From Dehalococcoidia bacterium (lineage in GTDB: Bacteria > Chloroflexota > Dehalococcoidia > Bin125), in the NCBI GenBank assembly GCA_963555985.3, contig OY820591.1, positions 2,368,001-2,432,000 of the forward strand: a stretch of DNA of 64,000 nt, written 5' to 3'. Under the pieces are notes generated by a model. The model did not search any database. It saw nothing but the letters and a program-made list of their open reading frames with translations, and was not told where the DNA came from. Of the stretch, positions 38,532-47,084 are shown piece after piece; positions within the stretch are counted from its first letter, which is position 1, and each line of letters begins with the position of its first letter. A program made the position numbers and the translations under genes.

Positions 38532-39779
38532 ATGCCGATCGCACCCAACGAGCACCCGAAGTCTGAACTCACGGGCGATACCGGGAATGAGGCCAACGAT
38601 CACCATCGCCGGCAGCGGATTGCCGAACGAGTTCAGGCGGTACCCGCCTCCGGCATTCGCCGCTTTTTCGACATCATCGCCTCGATGGAGGACGTGATTT
38701 CGCTGGGCGTGGGCGAACCGGATTTCGTCACACCCTGGCCAATCCGCGAGGCGGCGATTCGCGCGATTGAGCACGGACACACACACTACACCTCGAATCT
38801 CGGACTGCTCGAACTGCGCGAAGCGATCTGCCGCGATCTCGAACGCCGCTACCAACTCAGCTATGACCCGCAGGACCAACTGCTGATCACGACCGGGGTT
38901 TCCGAAGGTCTGGATCTGGCGGCGCGCGCGATCATCAATCCGGGTGACGAGGTGATCGTGGCTGATCCCTCGTATGCGGCCCACGCGCCGGCGATTGTGC
39001 TCGCGGGCGGGACCCCGGTACCGGTCGTGACTCGCGCCGTGCAGGGCTTTGCGCTCGATCCTGCGGCTGTGGAGGCGGCGATCACGCCGCGTACCAAGGC
39101 GCTGCTGCTTGGTTATCCGTCCAACCCCACGGGGGCGGTGCTCCCGCGCGACACCCTGCACGCGCTCGCTCGGCTCGCTCGGCGGCATGATCTGACGGTG
39201 ATCTCGGACGAGATCTACGACCGGCTCGTCTACGGCGGAGCGAAGCACACGCCGATCGCGTCGCTGCCGGGGATGATCGAGCGCACGATCACGCTCGGCG
39301 GATTCTCGAAGTCGCACGCGATGACCGGCTGGCGGGTGGGCTGGGCGGCGGCTCCGACTGATCTGTTCGCGGGGATGCTGAAGATTCATCAGTACGCGAT
39401 GATGTCTGCGCCGACGGTGGCGCAGTACGCCGCGCTTGAAGCGGTACGCGCCGGCGAAGAGCATGTCGTCGCCATGCGCGAGGAGTACGACCGACGGCGA
39501 CGGTTGATGTGGCAGGGGTTCAACGCGCTCGGGCTGCCCTGTGCGGAACCGCTGGGGGCGTTCTACGCCTTCCCCTCGGTGGCTGCGACGGGGTATGACG
39601 ATGAGCGCTTTGCGGAGCAACTCTTGCTCGAAGAGCAGGTGGCGGTGGTGCCCGGCTCGGCGTTCGGGGAGGCTGGGGCTGGACACGTGCGTGCCTGCTA
39701 CGCGACCAGCTACGACGAGATCGAGCAGGCGCTCGAGCGGATCGGGCGCTTCTTACGGCGCGTTCCGCTTGCCAAGTAG
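38532..39779 (+). CDS. Class I/II PLP aminotransferase
   Basis: SGIRRFFD, GEPDF, PSNPTG, SDEIY, FSKSHAMTGWRVG. Confidence 0.93.
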   Translation: MPIAPNEHPKSELTGDTGNEANDHHRRQRIAERVQAVPASGIRRFFDIIASMEDVISLGVGEPDFVTPWPIREAAIRAIEHGHTHYTSNLGLLELREAICRDLERRYQLSYDPQDQLLITTGVSEGLDLAARAIINPGDEVIVADPSYAAHAPAIVLAGGTPVPVVTRAVQGFALDPAAVEAAITPRTKALLLGYPSNPTGAVLPRDTLHALARLARRHDLTVISDEIYDRLVYGGAKHTPIASLPGMIERTITLGGFSKSHAMTGWRVGWAAAPTDLFAGMLKIHQYAMMSAPTVAQYAALEAVRAGEEHVVAMREEYDRRRRLMWQGFNALGLPCAEPLGAFYAFPSVAATGYDDERFAEQLLLEEQVAVVPGSAFGEAGAGHVRACYATSYDEIEQALERIGRFLRRVPLAK

Positions 39780-39858
39780 GGCTTGTCAGCGCGTTGGCGG
39801 CGGGAGTTCGATAGCCTGCGCAGGCCGTGCGGCGCGGCGCTGTGAGCAGGGACATTCG

Positions 39859-40578
39859 ATGACAACGCCTGGTGATCCCGAAGATCTGACCCTGCGGATC
39901 ACGCAGGTGCAGGCGCGGCCGCGTCCGACTGCGGACGGGTCTGCTCCCGACCCGTCGCGGCTCGAGGTGCGGCTAGGGACGACGCGGGGCGAGATTCGCG
40001 GTCTGCTTGATGTTTGTGAGGGCGAGACCGGGGCGCTGGTGACGTGTTCGGGGGCGATGGGCGGCGAGCATGAGGTGCGTGGCCCTGCCGACAGCGTGTA
40101 TCAGCGCCTGGCCGAGCGTTTGCCCGGCGAGGGCATTTCTACGCTACGGATTCATTACCGGATGGCGGGGGAGTTTGAGGAATGCGTGCTTGATCTGCTG
40201 GGGGCGTGCTCGTTCTTGCAGGGGGTGGGCGCGGAGCGGCTGATTCTGGCAGGGCACTCGTTCGGGGGCGCGGTGGTGATTAAGACGGGGCAGATTCTGG
40301 AGACGGTGAAAGGCGTGATCTCGTTGTCGCCGCAGTTGTTCGGGACGCGCCAGGTGGAACAGTTGGGGAAGCCGTTGCTGCTGATTCATGGGACGGCGGA
40401 CGCGATTCTGCATCACATGGCGTCGGAGGACATCTACGAGCGGGCGCTGGAGCCGAAGAAGTTGGTGCTGATCCCGGATGGGGGTCACGGTCTGGCAGAG
40501 GATCCGGCGACGGTGATGGAGGAGATGCACGCTTTTACGACGGCGTTGGCCGGGCCTGCGCGCGGGCTTGGCGGCTGA
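39859..40578 (+). CDS. Alpha/beta hydrolase
   Basis: GHSFG, HGTAD, GH catalytic triad. Confidence 0.85.
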   Translation: MTTPGDPEDLTLRITQVQARPRPTADGSAPDPSRLEVRLGTTRGEIRGLLDVCEGETGALVTCSGAMGGEHEVRGPADSVYQRLAERLPGEGISTLRIHYRMAGEFEECVLDLLGACSFLQGVGAERLILAGHSFGGAVVIKTGQILETVKGVISLSPQLFGTRQVEQLGKPLLLIHGTADAILHHMASEDIYERALEPKKLVLIPDGGHGLAEDPATVMEEMHAFTTALAGPARGLGG

Positions 40579-40665
40579 CTGGGGTTTGTTGTCCGTTTGG
40601 ACCGCCTCTGTGCCTATGTCTCTTCACCAGGATCGGTTGATTCTGCCGTCCGGCTGTCCGTTCGG

Positions 40666-40710
40666 ACCCCCTCTGCCCCTTTGGGGCATCTCCCCCTCAA
40701 GGGGGAGATT
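40666..40710 (+). repeat. CCCCCTCTG two-hairpin element
   Basis: ACCCCCTCTGCCCCTTTGGGGCATCTCCCCCTCAAGGGGGAGAT, near-exact inverse of 19320-19360. Confidence 0.85.
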
Positions 40711-40751
40711 GGATTTGAGGTGCGAGGGGGAGAGGCTTGGCTCGCGGGTTG

Positions 40752-41630
40752 TTACTGCTGGTCGTTGCCGTTGGCACCGTTGTTGGCGGCTGTGTTGGCT
40801 TGGATGCCGAGGCGCTCGCCGATGGAGCGGGCGACGTTGGTGAGCTCCATGGGGATGATCCACTTGGTGCTGGTGCCGTCGGCGAGGTTGCGCATCATGT
40901 CGAGGTATTGGAGGCCCATGGTGTTGCCGTGGGCGCCTTCGGCGGCCATGTTGATCCGTTCGAGAGCGGTGGCGTAGCCCTCCGCCTCTTGGATTTGCGC
41001 CTCGCGGTGACCCTCGGCGCGGAGAATCTGCGACTGTTTCTCACCTTCGGCCTGGAGAATGGCTGCTTGGCGTTCGCCTTGGGCGACGTTGATCTGAGCG
41101 TCGCGTGAGCCTTCGGATTCGGTGATTTGGGCACGGCGGGTGCGTTCCGCCGACATCTGGCGGGTCATAGCTTCGGCGATTGCGGGGGGAGGCTCGATCT
41201 CTCGAATCTCGACCGCGGTGACTTTCACGCCCCAGCGATTGGTGACTTCATCGAGTTTGATCTGCATCTGATCGTTGATGTCGTCACGGCGGGAGAGGAC
41301 CTCATCGAGATTCATTTCGCCAACCACGGCGCGGAGGGTGGTGGTGGCGAGTTGCCGGGCGGCGCCGAGGTAGTCGCGGACTTCGAGCACGGTGCGTTCG
41401 GGGTCCATGACGCGGAGGTAGACGACGAAGTCAACGTCGACGCCAGCGTTGTCGCGGGTGATGTTGCGCTGCGGGGGGACGTCGAAGTATTGCTCGCGCA
41501 TGTCGACCTTGGTGCCGGCCTGGATGATGGGGATGATCCAGACCAGACCGGGGCCTTTCATGCCGACGTAGCGTCCCAGCTGGAACTTGGCGATCTTCTC
41601 GTAGTCGCGGACCATGTTGAGGATGGCCAT
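40752..41630 (-). CDS. SPFH/Band 7 (stomatin/QmcA-like) protein
   Basis: GPGL, ITRDN, TTLRAVVG, WGVKV..VEI, QMSAERTRRA. Confidence 0.92.
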   Translation of the reverse strand: MAILNMVRDYEKIAKFQLGRYVGMKGPGLVWIIPIIQAGTKVDMREQYFDVPPQRNITRDNAGVDVDFVVYLRVMDPERTVLEVRDYLGAARQLATTTLRAVVGEMNLDEVLSRRDDINDQMQIKLDEVTNRWGVKVTAVEIREIEPPPAIAEAMTRQMSAERTRRAQITESEGSRDAQINVAQGERQAAILQAEGEKQSQILRAEGHREAQIQEAEGYATALERINMAAEGAHGNTMGLQYLDMMRNLADGTSTKWIIPMELTNVARSIGERLGIQANTAANNGANGNDQQ

Positions 41631-41766
41631 CTTGTGCTCCCATTCAGGGTTGGGTCTAGTGAACGTCCCGTGTTACGACGGGCTGTCTGGGCGAGTATAG
41701 GCAGATCGCGGCGAGATTCCCGTTGATCGATCCACAGATATCCGGGGCGTGCGATGATCGTCGGCG

Positions 41767-42654
41767 ATGACTGAGCGATCGCCTTCGCCTGCTCCGCGCC
41801 CGCCGTTCCGCCGCAGTACGGCGGCGGCCTGGTTGCGGTTGCTGCGCCCGGTGACCGTGCTCGGGCTGGTGCTGACCGTGGTCGGCGCGACTCTGACCGC
41901 ATCGGGCGGGGAGGCGGCCTGGCATCAGGTATTGCGCTACGCGGTGGCGGTCGGGGCGCTGAGCGCGGCGGCGGCGATTTTCAACGATCTTGCCGACCGC
42001 GAGCGGGATCGGAACACGCGGCTCTGGCGTCCGCTGCCCGCCGGGCGGGTCAGCGCGCGGCAGGCGACGCTGGCGACGGCTGCGCTCTTGCCGTTTGCGG
42101 TTGGATTTAGCGCTTCCCTGGGTTGGCGCGCGCTGGTGATCGTGATTGCGATGGGTGCGGCGGCGGGGCTGTACAGCAGCGCGCTGCGGGGATCGTTCTT
42201 CGGTTGGGCGGCGTTTGCGCTGATTGGGGCGCTGCTTCCGGTCGGGGCGGCGGAGGCGGTTGGGGCGCAGATCGACCAGTTGTGGTGGGCGGTACCGGTT
42301 GGGGCGGCGAGCGGGATTGCGGCGTTTCTGATCTACAAGCTGCCGGACTATGAACGGGACGACTTTGCGGGAATGCGCTCGATTTTGCACTGGATGGGAA
42401 TTGACGCGGCCTTGCCGCTGAGTTGGGCGGCACTGGCGGCGGCGTTGACGCTGGCGGCGGCTTCGGTGAACGTCTCCGACGGCAACCTGGCTTGGGTGAT
42501 CGCTCCGCTGGTCTATCTGCTGGCGGCGGGGCTGGGCTGCATCGGGATGCTCTGGATGCAGGTGAGCGAGCGGCGGTTGATGTGGCAGCGCTGGCTGTTG
42601 GTACCGGGGCTGGCGGTGCTGCTGGTCTGTTGGTTGGGGGGGATGGGTGGATAG
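41767..42654 (+). CDS. UbiA-family prenyltransferase
   Basis: LRLLRP, NDLADRERD, RPLPAGRV, DYERD, multiple TM helices. Confidence 0.85.
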   Translation: MTERSPSPAPRPPFRRSTAAAWLRLLRPVTVLGLVLTVVGATLTASGGEAAWHQVLRYAVAVGALSAAAAIFNDLADRERDRNTRLWRPLPAGRVSARQATLATAALLPFAVGFSASLGWRALVIVIAMGAAAGLYSSALRGSFFGWAAFALIGALLPVGAAEAVGAQIDQLWWAVPVGAASGIAAFLIYKLPDYERDDFAGMRSILHWMGIDAALPLSWAALAAALTLAAASVNVSDGNLAWVIAPLVYLLAAGLGCIGMLWMQVSERRLMWQRWLLVPGLAVLLVCWLGGMGG

Positions 42655-42720
42655 CGGAAAATTATTTTCGGGCGCGCGGGTAAGAACATCCAGTGTTTTA
42701 CGGGCGATCGTGCGATTCGG

Positions 42721-42850
42721 GTGGAAGGCGGTGGAAAGTCCTGGAAAGCCGGACTGTTTCGATTCTGATCGAATTTGTTTCATTTTGTTTCACTCTGTTT
42801 CATTTTGTTTCAGCTCGTTCGAGTCTGTTCGGGGCCGTTCGGGTCTGGTT
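42721..42850 (+). repeat. 10-bp-period tandem array 2 (TGGAA to GTTTCA to GTTCG)
   Basis: About 13 consecutive decamers in register, with a drifting core motif. Confidence 0.85.
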
Positions 42851-43036
42851 TGTTGGTGTCGGGAGCGGTCGTTGAGGAATGGCTGGGAAGGGTGTGCGGG
42901 CATCGGAGGATCCGGGGCGGGCGACAGATACGCACAAATATACTGCGTTGATTGGTCGAGGGTAAGAGCGGGCCGGGGTGCGGCTCGGGGTTGAGTTGCG
43001 ATTGGGATTTGGGTGGTTCTGAGATTCCTGCCTGCG

Positions 43037-43169
43037 GAGGGCTTTGCGAAATTCCCGATCTGCGCGTTTCGTCGTTCTTGCGAAAGCGGGAATTTACGTC
43101 CCACTCGATACGCCGCATGGATTCCCGCGTTCGCGGGAATGACGGAAATGGGGATTTTGCACAAGCCTG
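43037..43169. mobile_element. 133-bp MITE, copy 1, inserted in a GATTCCTGCCTGCGCAGGAATGAC hairpin
   Basis: Imperfect TIRs GAGGGCTTTGCGAAATTCCC / GGGATTTTGCACAAGCCTG, flanking duplication CCTGCG (43031-36 and 43170-75). Confidence 0.8.
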
Positions 43170-43272
43170 CCTGCGCAGGAATGACGGAGATGGAGGCGGG
43201 AGTGAGGGAAGTGGCGGTTCTGGGAACTTGGTATCGGTTAGGTTGCGCTTGATGAGCGCTTGGAGGGGACTG

Positions 43273-44841
43273 ATGGCTGAGCGTGGAGACTGGCAAGCTG
43301 AGGTTGACGAGCTGAACTTGCGGCGCAAGCTGGCGCTGAAGATGGGTGGGGAGGAGCGGGTTGCGAAACAGCGTGAGCTGGGGAAGTTCAACATTCGAGA
43401 GCGGATTGATGCGCTCGTTGATCCGGGCAGTTTCCATGAGATCGGCGGGTTGGCCGGGTATGGGCAGTATGAGGATCGGCGTTTTGTCGATTTCAAGCCG
43501 CTGCCCTACATCGGGGGTTTGGCCAAGGTGGACGGTCGGCGGGTGGTGGTGGGGGGTGAGGACTTCACGGTGGGGGGCGGGGCGGCGGATATCAGCACGC
43601 AGGAACGGTTCAAGAGCCTGTTCCTGGCGGATATGGCGCGTGAGTACCGGATTCCGCTGTTCGTGTTCCACGAGGGCGCGGGCGCGAATGTGGCAGCCGA
43701 GGGCGACGGTCACGGACACCTGCCGAGCAGCTTCGACGTGTTCGGGCCGGACATTCGCGCGGGTCAGGAAGTACCGCTGATCTTCGGCGTGGGCGGGGCG
43801 ACGGCTGGAGGCGTGGCGGCGCGGGTGATGCTTGGGCACTTCACGGTGATGACGCCGCAGGGGTCGCTGTTTGCGGGCGGGCCGCCGCTGGTTGAGCGGG
43901 CGCTGGGGCAGAAGGTGACCAAGGATCAGCTGGGCGGGCCGGACATTCACATCTCGCAGTCGGGGGCGATTGACAACCGGGCGGTGGATGAGCTCGACGC
44001 GATCGAGCAGATGAAGCGGTTCCTGAGCTACATGCCGCAGAACGTGTATGAGCAGCCGCCGTTCCGCTCGACTGGTGATCCGCCGGATCGGGAAGAGGAG
44101 GAGTTGCTGCGGATCGTGCCGCGCAAGCGGACTAGGCCGTACAACATGCGCAAGCTGATCAGGCTGTTGGTGGACGACGGCGAGTTCTTTGAGATCAAGC
44201 CGGAGTTCGGCGTGTCGGTGCATACGATCTTGGCGCGGGTGGGCGGTTATGTAGTGGGAATTGTGGCGAACAACCCGAACATGCTGGCCGGAGCGATGAC
44301 GGCCGAATCGGCGGACAAGCAGGGGCATTTTGTGGAGCTTTGCGACCATTTCCACATTCCGCTCGTGTTCGTGGCGGACGTGCCCGGGTTCATGCTCGGG
44401 CCACAAGCGGAGGCGACGGGGACGCTGCGGCACGGGATGCGAGCGTATTGGGCGACGTATCTGGCGACGGTGCCGGTGTTCACGGTGATCACGCGGAAGA
44501 ATTACGGGATGGCGGGCCAGGCGACGGCGAATGTGGGGACGATGAACTACCGCGTGGGCTGGCCGTCGGGGGACTGGGGATCGATCCCGATTGAGGGGGG
44601 CGTGGCGGCGGCGTACCGGCGCGAGATCGAGAGTGCGCCGGATCCGGAGAAACGTCGGCGAGAGATCGAGGATCATCTGCTCCAGTTCCGCAATCCGTTC
44701 CGCACGGCGGAGGCGTTCGGGATTGAGGACATCATTGATCCGCGCCAGACGCGGGCGTACATCCACCGTTTTCTCGAACACGCTTACGAGTCTATCTCGG
44801 CGAACGTAGGTGTCAAGGCGAAGGCCGGGGTTCGGCCATAG
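43273..44841 (+). CDS. Acyl-CoA carboxylase carboxyltransferase (PccB/MccB-like)
   Basis: MGGEERV..Q...GK...RERI, DFTVGGG, GGPPLV, DVPGFMLG..AE, IIDPRQTR. Confidence 0.9.
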   Translation: MAERGDWQAEVDELNLRRKLALKMGGEERVAKQRELGKFNIRERIDALVDPGSFHEIGGLAGYGQYEDRRFVDFKPLPYIGGLAKVDGRRVVVGGEDFTVGGGAADISTQERFKSLFLADMAREYRIPLFVFHEGAGANVAAEGDGHGHLPSSFDVFGPDIRAGQEVPLIFGVGGATAGGVAARVMLGHFTVMTPQGSLFAGGPPLVERALGQKVTKDQLGGPDIHISQSGAIDNRAVDELDAIEQMKRFLSYMPQNVYEQPPFRSTGDPPDREEEELLRIVPRKRTRPYNMRKLIRLLVDDGEFFEIKPEFGVSVHTILARVGGYVVGIVANNPNMLAGAMTAESADKQGHFVELCDHFHIPLVFVADVPGFMLGPQAEATGTLRHGMRAYWATYLATVPVFTVITRKNYGMAGQATANVGTMNYRVGWPSGDWGSIPIEGGVAAAYRREIESAPDPEKRRREIEDHLLQFRNPFRTAEAFGIEDIIDPRQTRAYIHRFLEHAYESISANVGVKAKAGVRP

Positions 44842-44857
44842 GGGTTGTGGTGGGACT

Positions 44858-45131
44858 CCCCCTCTGTCGCTGCGCGACATCTCCCTCCCCGCCTACGGAG
44901 GGCTTTGCAACATCCCCGAGCTGAGCGTTTCGTCATTCTTGCGAACGCGAGAATCTACGTCCCACTCGATACGCCGCATGGATTCCCGCCTGCGCGAGAA
45001 TGACGGAAATGGGGGTTTTGCAAAGGCCTCTCTACGCGGGGACAGGCTCCGCAAGGGGGGAGAGAGGATCGCGACTTTGCAAAGGCCTCCGAAAGCGGAA
45101 ATGACGGAATTTGGGATTATGCGCAGGTCTC
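44858..45131 (+). repeat. Multi-layer nested composite of palindromic elements
   Basis: CCCCCTCTG element > CCCCGC..GCGGGGACAGGCT hairpin > 133-bp MITE, followed by stacked orphan right ends. Confidence 0.85.
44898..45030. mobile_element. 133-bp MITE, copy 2
   Basis: GAGGGCTTTGCAA...TTGCAAAGGCCTC, flanks CCTACG/TCTACG, internal TACGTCCCACTCGATACGCCGCATGGATTCCCGC identical to copy 1. Confidence 0.85.
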
Positions 45132-45189
45132 CTTAGAGGTTGTGGGGGATTGAGGGGAAAGTGAGCGTTTGTATCCGAGCAACGGCCTG

Positions 45190-45232
45190 ACCCCCTCCGT
45201 CACTACGTGACACCTCCCCCTGAAAGGGGGAG
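45190..45232 (+). repeat. CCCCCTC two-hairpin element
   Basis: ACCCCCTCCGTCACTACGTGACACCTCCCCCTGAAAGGGGGAG. Confidence 0.8.
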
Positions 45233-45295
45233 GAGAGACTAGGGGGAAGGGCTTAGACTCTTTGCAAACTCGTGTAGGCAGAAGGAGCTACTTCC

Positions 45296-45757
45296 ATGTC
45301 CGACATCTTCACGGTCGACCCGAATCTTCCCGACTGGATTCGCACGCATACGGAGCAGTACTTGCACTCCGGGGGCGCAGAGGGGCATATGTGGGATCGG
45401 CCCGACGGGTCGGGGGCGATTCCGTGTCTGCTGCTGGTGACGCAGGGGCGGCGTTCGGGCGAATGGCGGACGCTGCCGCTGATTTACGGGGAGTCGGACG
45501 GGGCCTACGTGATTGTGGCGAGCAAGGGCGGTCACAGGAGCCACCCGGCCTGGTACCTCAACCTCGACGCCAACCCGGACGTGCATCTGATGGTGGGGAC
45601 GGAGCAGTTTGAGGCGACGGCTCGGACTGCGGAGGGAGCGGAGCGGGACAAGCTGTTCTCGCTGATGGCGAAGGATTTTTCGCCGTATCTGGATTATGCG
45701 ATTCGGGCCGGGGGTGCGGGTCGGCAGATTCCGATTGTGGTGTTGGAGCGGAAGTAG
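45296..45757 (+). CDS. Deazaflavin (F420)-dependent nitroreductase family protein
   Basis: LLLVTQGRRSG, VASKGG...HPAWYLNL.ANP, RQIPIVVL. Confidence 0.92.
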   Translation: MSDIFTVDPNLPDWIRTHTEQYLHSGGAEGHMWDRPDGSGAIPCLLLVTQGRRSGEWRTLPLIYGESDGAYVIVASKGGHRSHPAWYLNLDANPDVHLMVGTEQFEATARTAEGAERDKLFSLMAKDFSPYLDYAIRAGGAGRQIPIVVLERK

Positions 45758-45764
45758 GCGGGGG

Positions 45765-46054
45765 ACCCCCTCTGTCCCCCCGCCTTCGCAGGGGCAGGCT
45801 CTACGGGACATCTCCCCCCGCAATGCGGGGGGAGAGGGGAGCTTGGGTTGGGATGATCGGGGTACGTCGGTGATTCTGCGCCGCGAGCGGGAATTGGGTG
45901 GTTCGGGATTCCTGCCTCCGCAGGAATGACGGAATGGGAATTTCGCGGCACCGGGGACGACGGTGCAGATCACGGCGAGATACCCGCGACAAGCGCGGGT
46001 ATGACGGAGTTTTGGGCGCGGGTATGAGGGAGTTTTGGGCGCGGGTATGACGGG
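45765..46054 (+). repeat. Cluster of palindromic elements ending in a 23-bp tandem repeat
   Basis: Interrupted CCCCCTCTG element, GATTCCTGCCTCCGCAGGAATGAC, GAGATACCCGCG..CGCGGGTATGAC. GCGCGGGTATGA starts at 45993, 46016 and 46039. Confidence 0.85.
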
Positions 46055-46067
46055 GTTGCAGGAGGGG

Positions 46068-47066
46068 TTAGACGTTGGCGACCTCTGGGAGGGAGGCTGG
46101 GAGGCCGATGTTGGCTTTGACTTCGGCTAGGACTTCGGCGGCGATGATTCGGGCTCGGCGTGCTCCGTCGAGGAGGATTTCGTCTACGGCGTTGAGGTCG
46201 GCGGCGAGTTCGGCTCGTCGTTCTCTCATTGGGGCGAAGTAGTCGTTGACGGACTCGGTGAGTTGCTTCTTGCAGTCGACGCAGCCGATGGCGGCTGTGC
46301 GGCAGGCGTCGGCGATTTCGGGTTGTTTTTCGGGGCCGAAGAAGCCGTGGAGGGTGAAGACGTTGCAGATTTCGGGGCGGCCGGGGTCGTTGCGGCGGAC
46401 GCGCTGGGGGTCGGTGATGGCGGTGCGGATGGCCTGGAAGGTCTCATCGGGGGTGGCGGCGATGTCGACGGCGTTGCCGTAGGACTTGGACATTTTGCGG
46501 TTGTCGAAACCGAGCACCATGGGCGCACTGGTGAGTTCGGCTTCGGGTTCGGGGAAGGTGTCGCCGAAGATGTTGTTGAAGCGGCGGACGATCTCGCGGG
46601 CGAGTTCGAGGTGGGGGAGTTGGTCTTCGCCGACGGGGACTTTGTTGGCGCGGTAGAGGACGATGTCGGCGGTTTGGAGGACGGGGTAGCCGACCAGTCC
46701 GTAGTTGACGTTTTCGGGCTGGGACTTGGCTTTCTCTTTGAAGGTAGGGACGTTCATCAGGCGGCCGATGGGGGTGACCATGGAGAGGAGGAGGTGGAGT
46801 TCGGAGATTTCGGGAACGTGGCTCTGGGCGTAGAGGATGGTCTCTTCGGGGCGGATGCCGGCGGCGAGCAGGTCGAGCGCGGTTTCGCGGACGTTCTGCT
46901 GCAACTCTTCGGTTTCGGTCAGCGTGGTGAGGGAGTGCAGGTCGACGATCGAGTAGATGCACTCGTACTTGTCCTGGAGGGCGACGAAGTTCTGGATGGC
47001 GCCGAGGTAGTTGCCGATGTGCTGGCGTCCGGTGGCGCGGATGCCGGCGAAGACTCGGTCCTGCAT
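46068..47066 (-). CDS. trpS: Tryptophan-tRNA ligase
   Basis: HIGN, YPVLQTADI, VPVGEDQ, KMSKS. Confidence 0.96.
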   Translation of the reverse strand: MQDRVFAGIRATGRQHIGNYLGAIQNFVALQDKYECIYSIVDLHSLTTLTETEELQQNVRETALDLLAAGIRPEETILYAQSHVPEISELHLLLSMVTPIGRLMNVPTFKEKAKSQPENVNYGLVGYPVLQTADIVLYRANKVPVGEDQLPHLELAREIVRRFNNIFGDTFPEPEAELTSAPMVLGFDNRKMSKSYGNAVDIAATPDETFQAIRTAITDPQRVRRNDPGRPEICNVFTLHGFFGPEKQPEIADACRTAAIGCVDCKKQLTESVNDYFAPMRERRAELAADLNAVDEILLDGARRARIIAAEVLAEVKANIGLPASLPEVANV

Positions 47067-47084
47067 GGCGATTTCCTCCGTTGG

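Noticed and set aside
42952-43272. 107-aa N-terminal extension of the carboxyltransferase
   Set aside because: Just open frame through the MITE. GGAGGGG RBS and family homology support ATG 43273.
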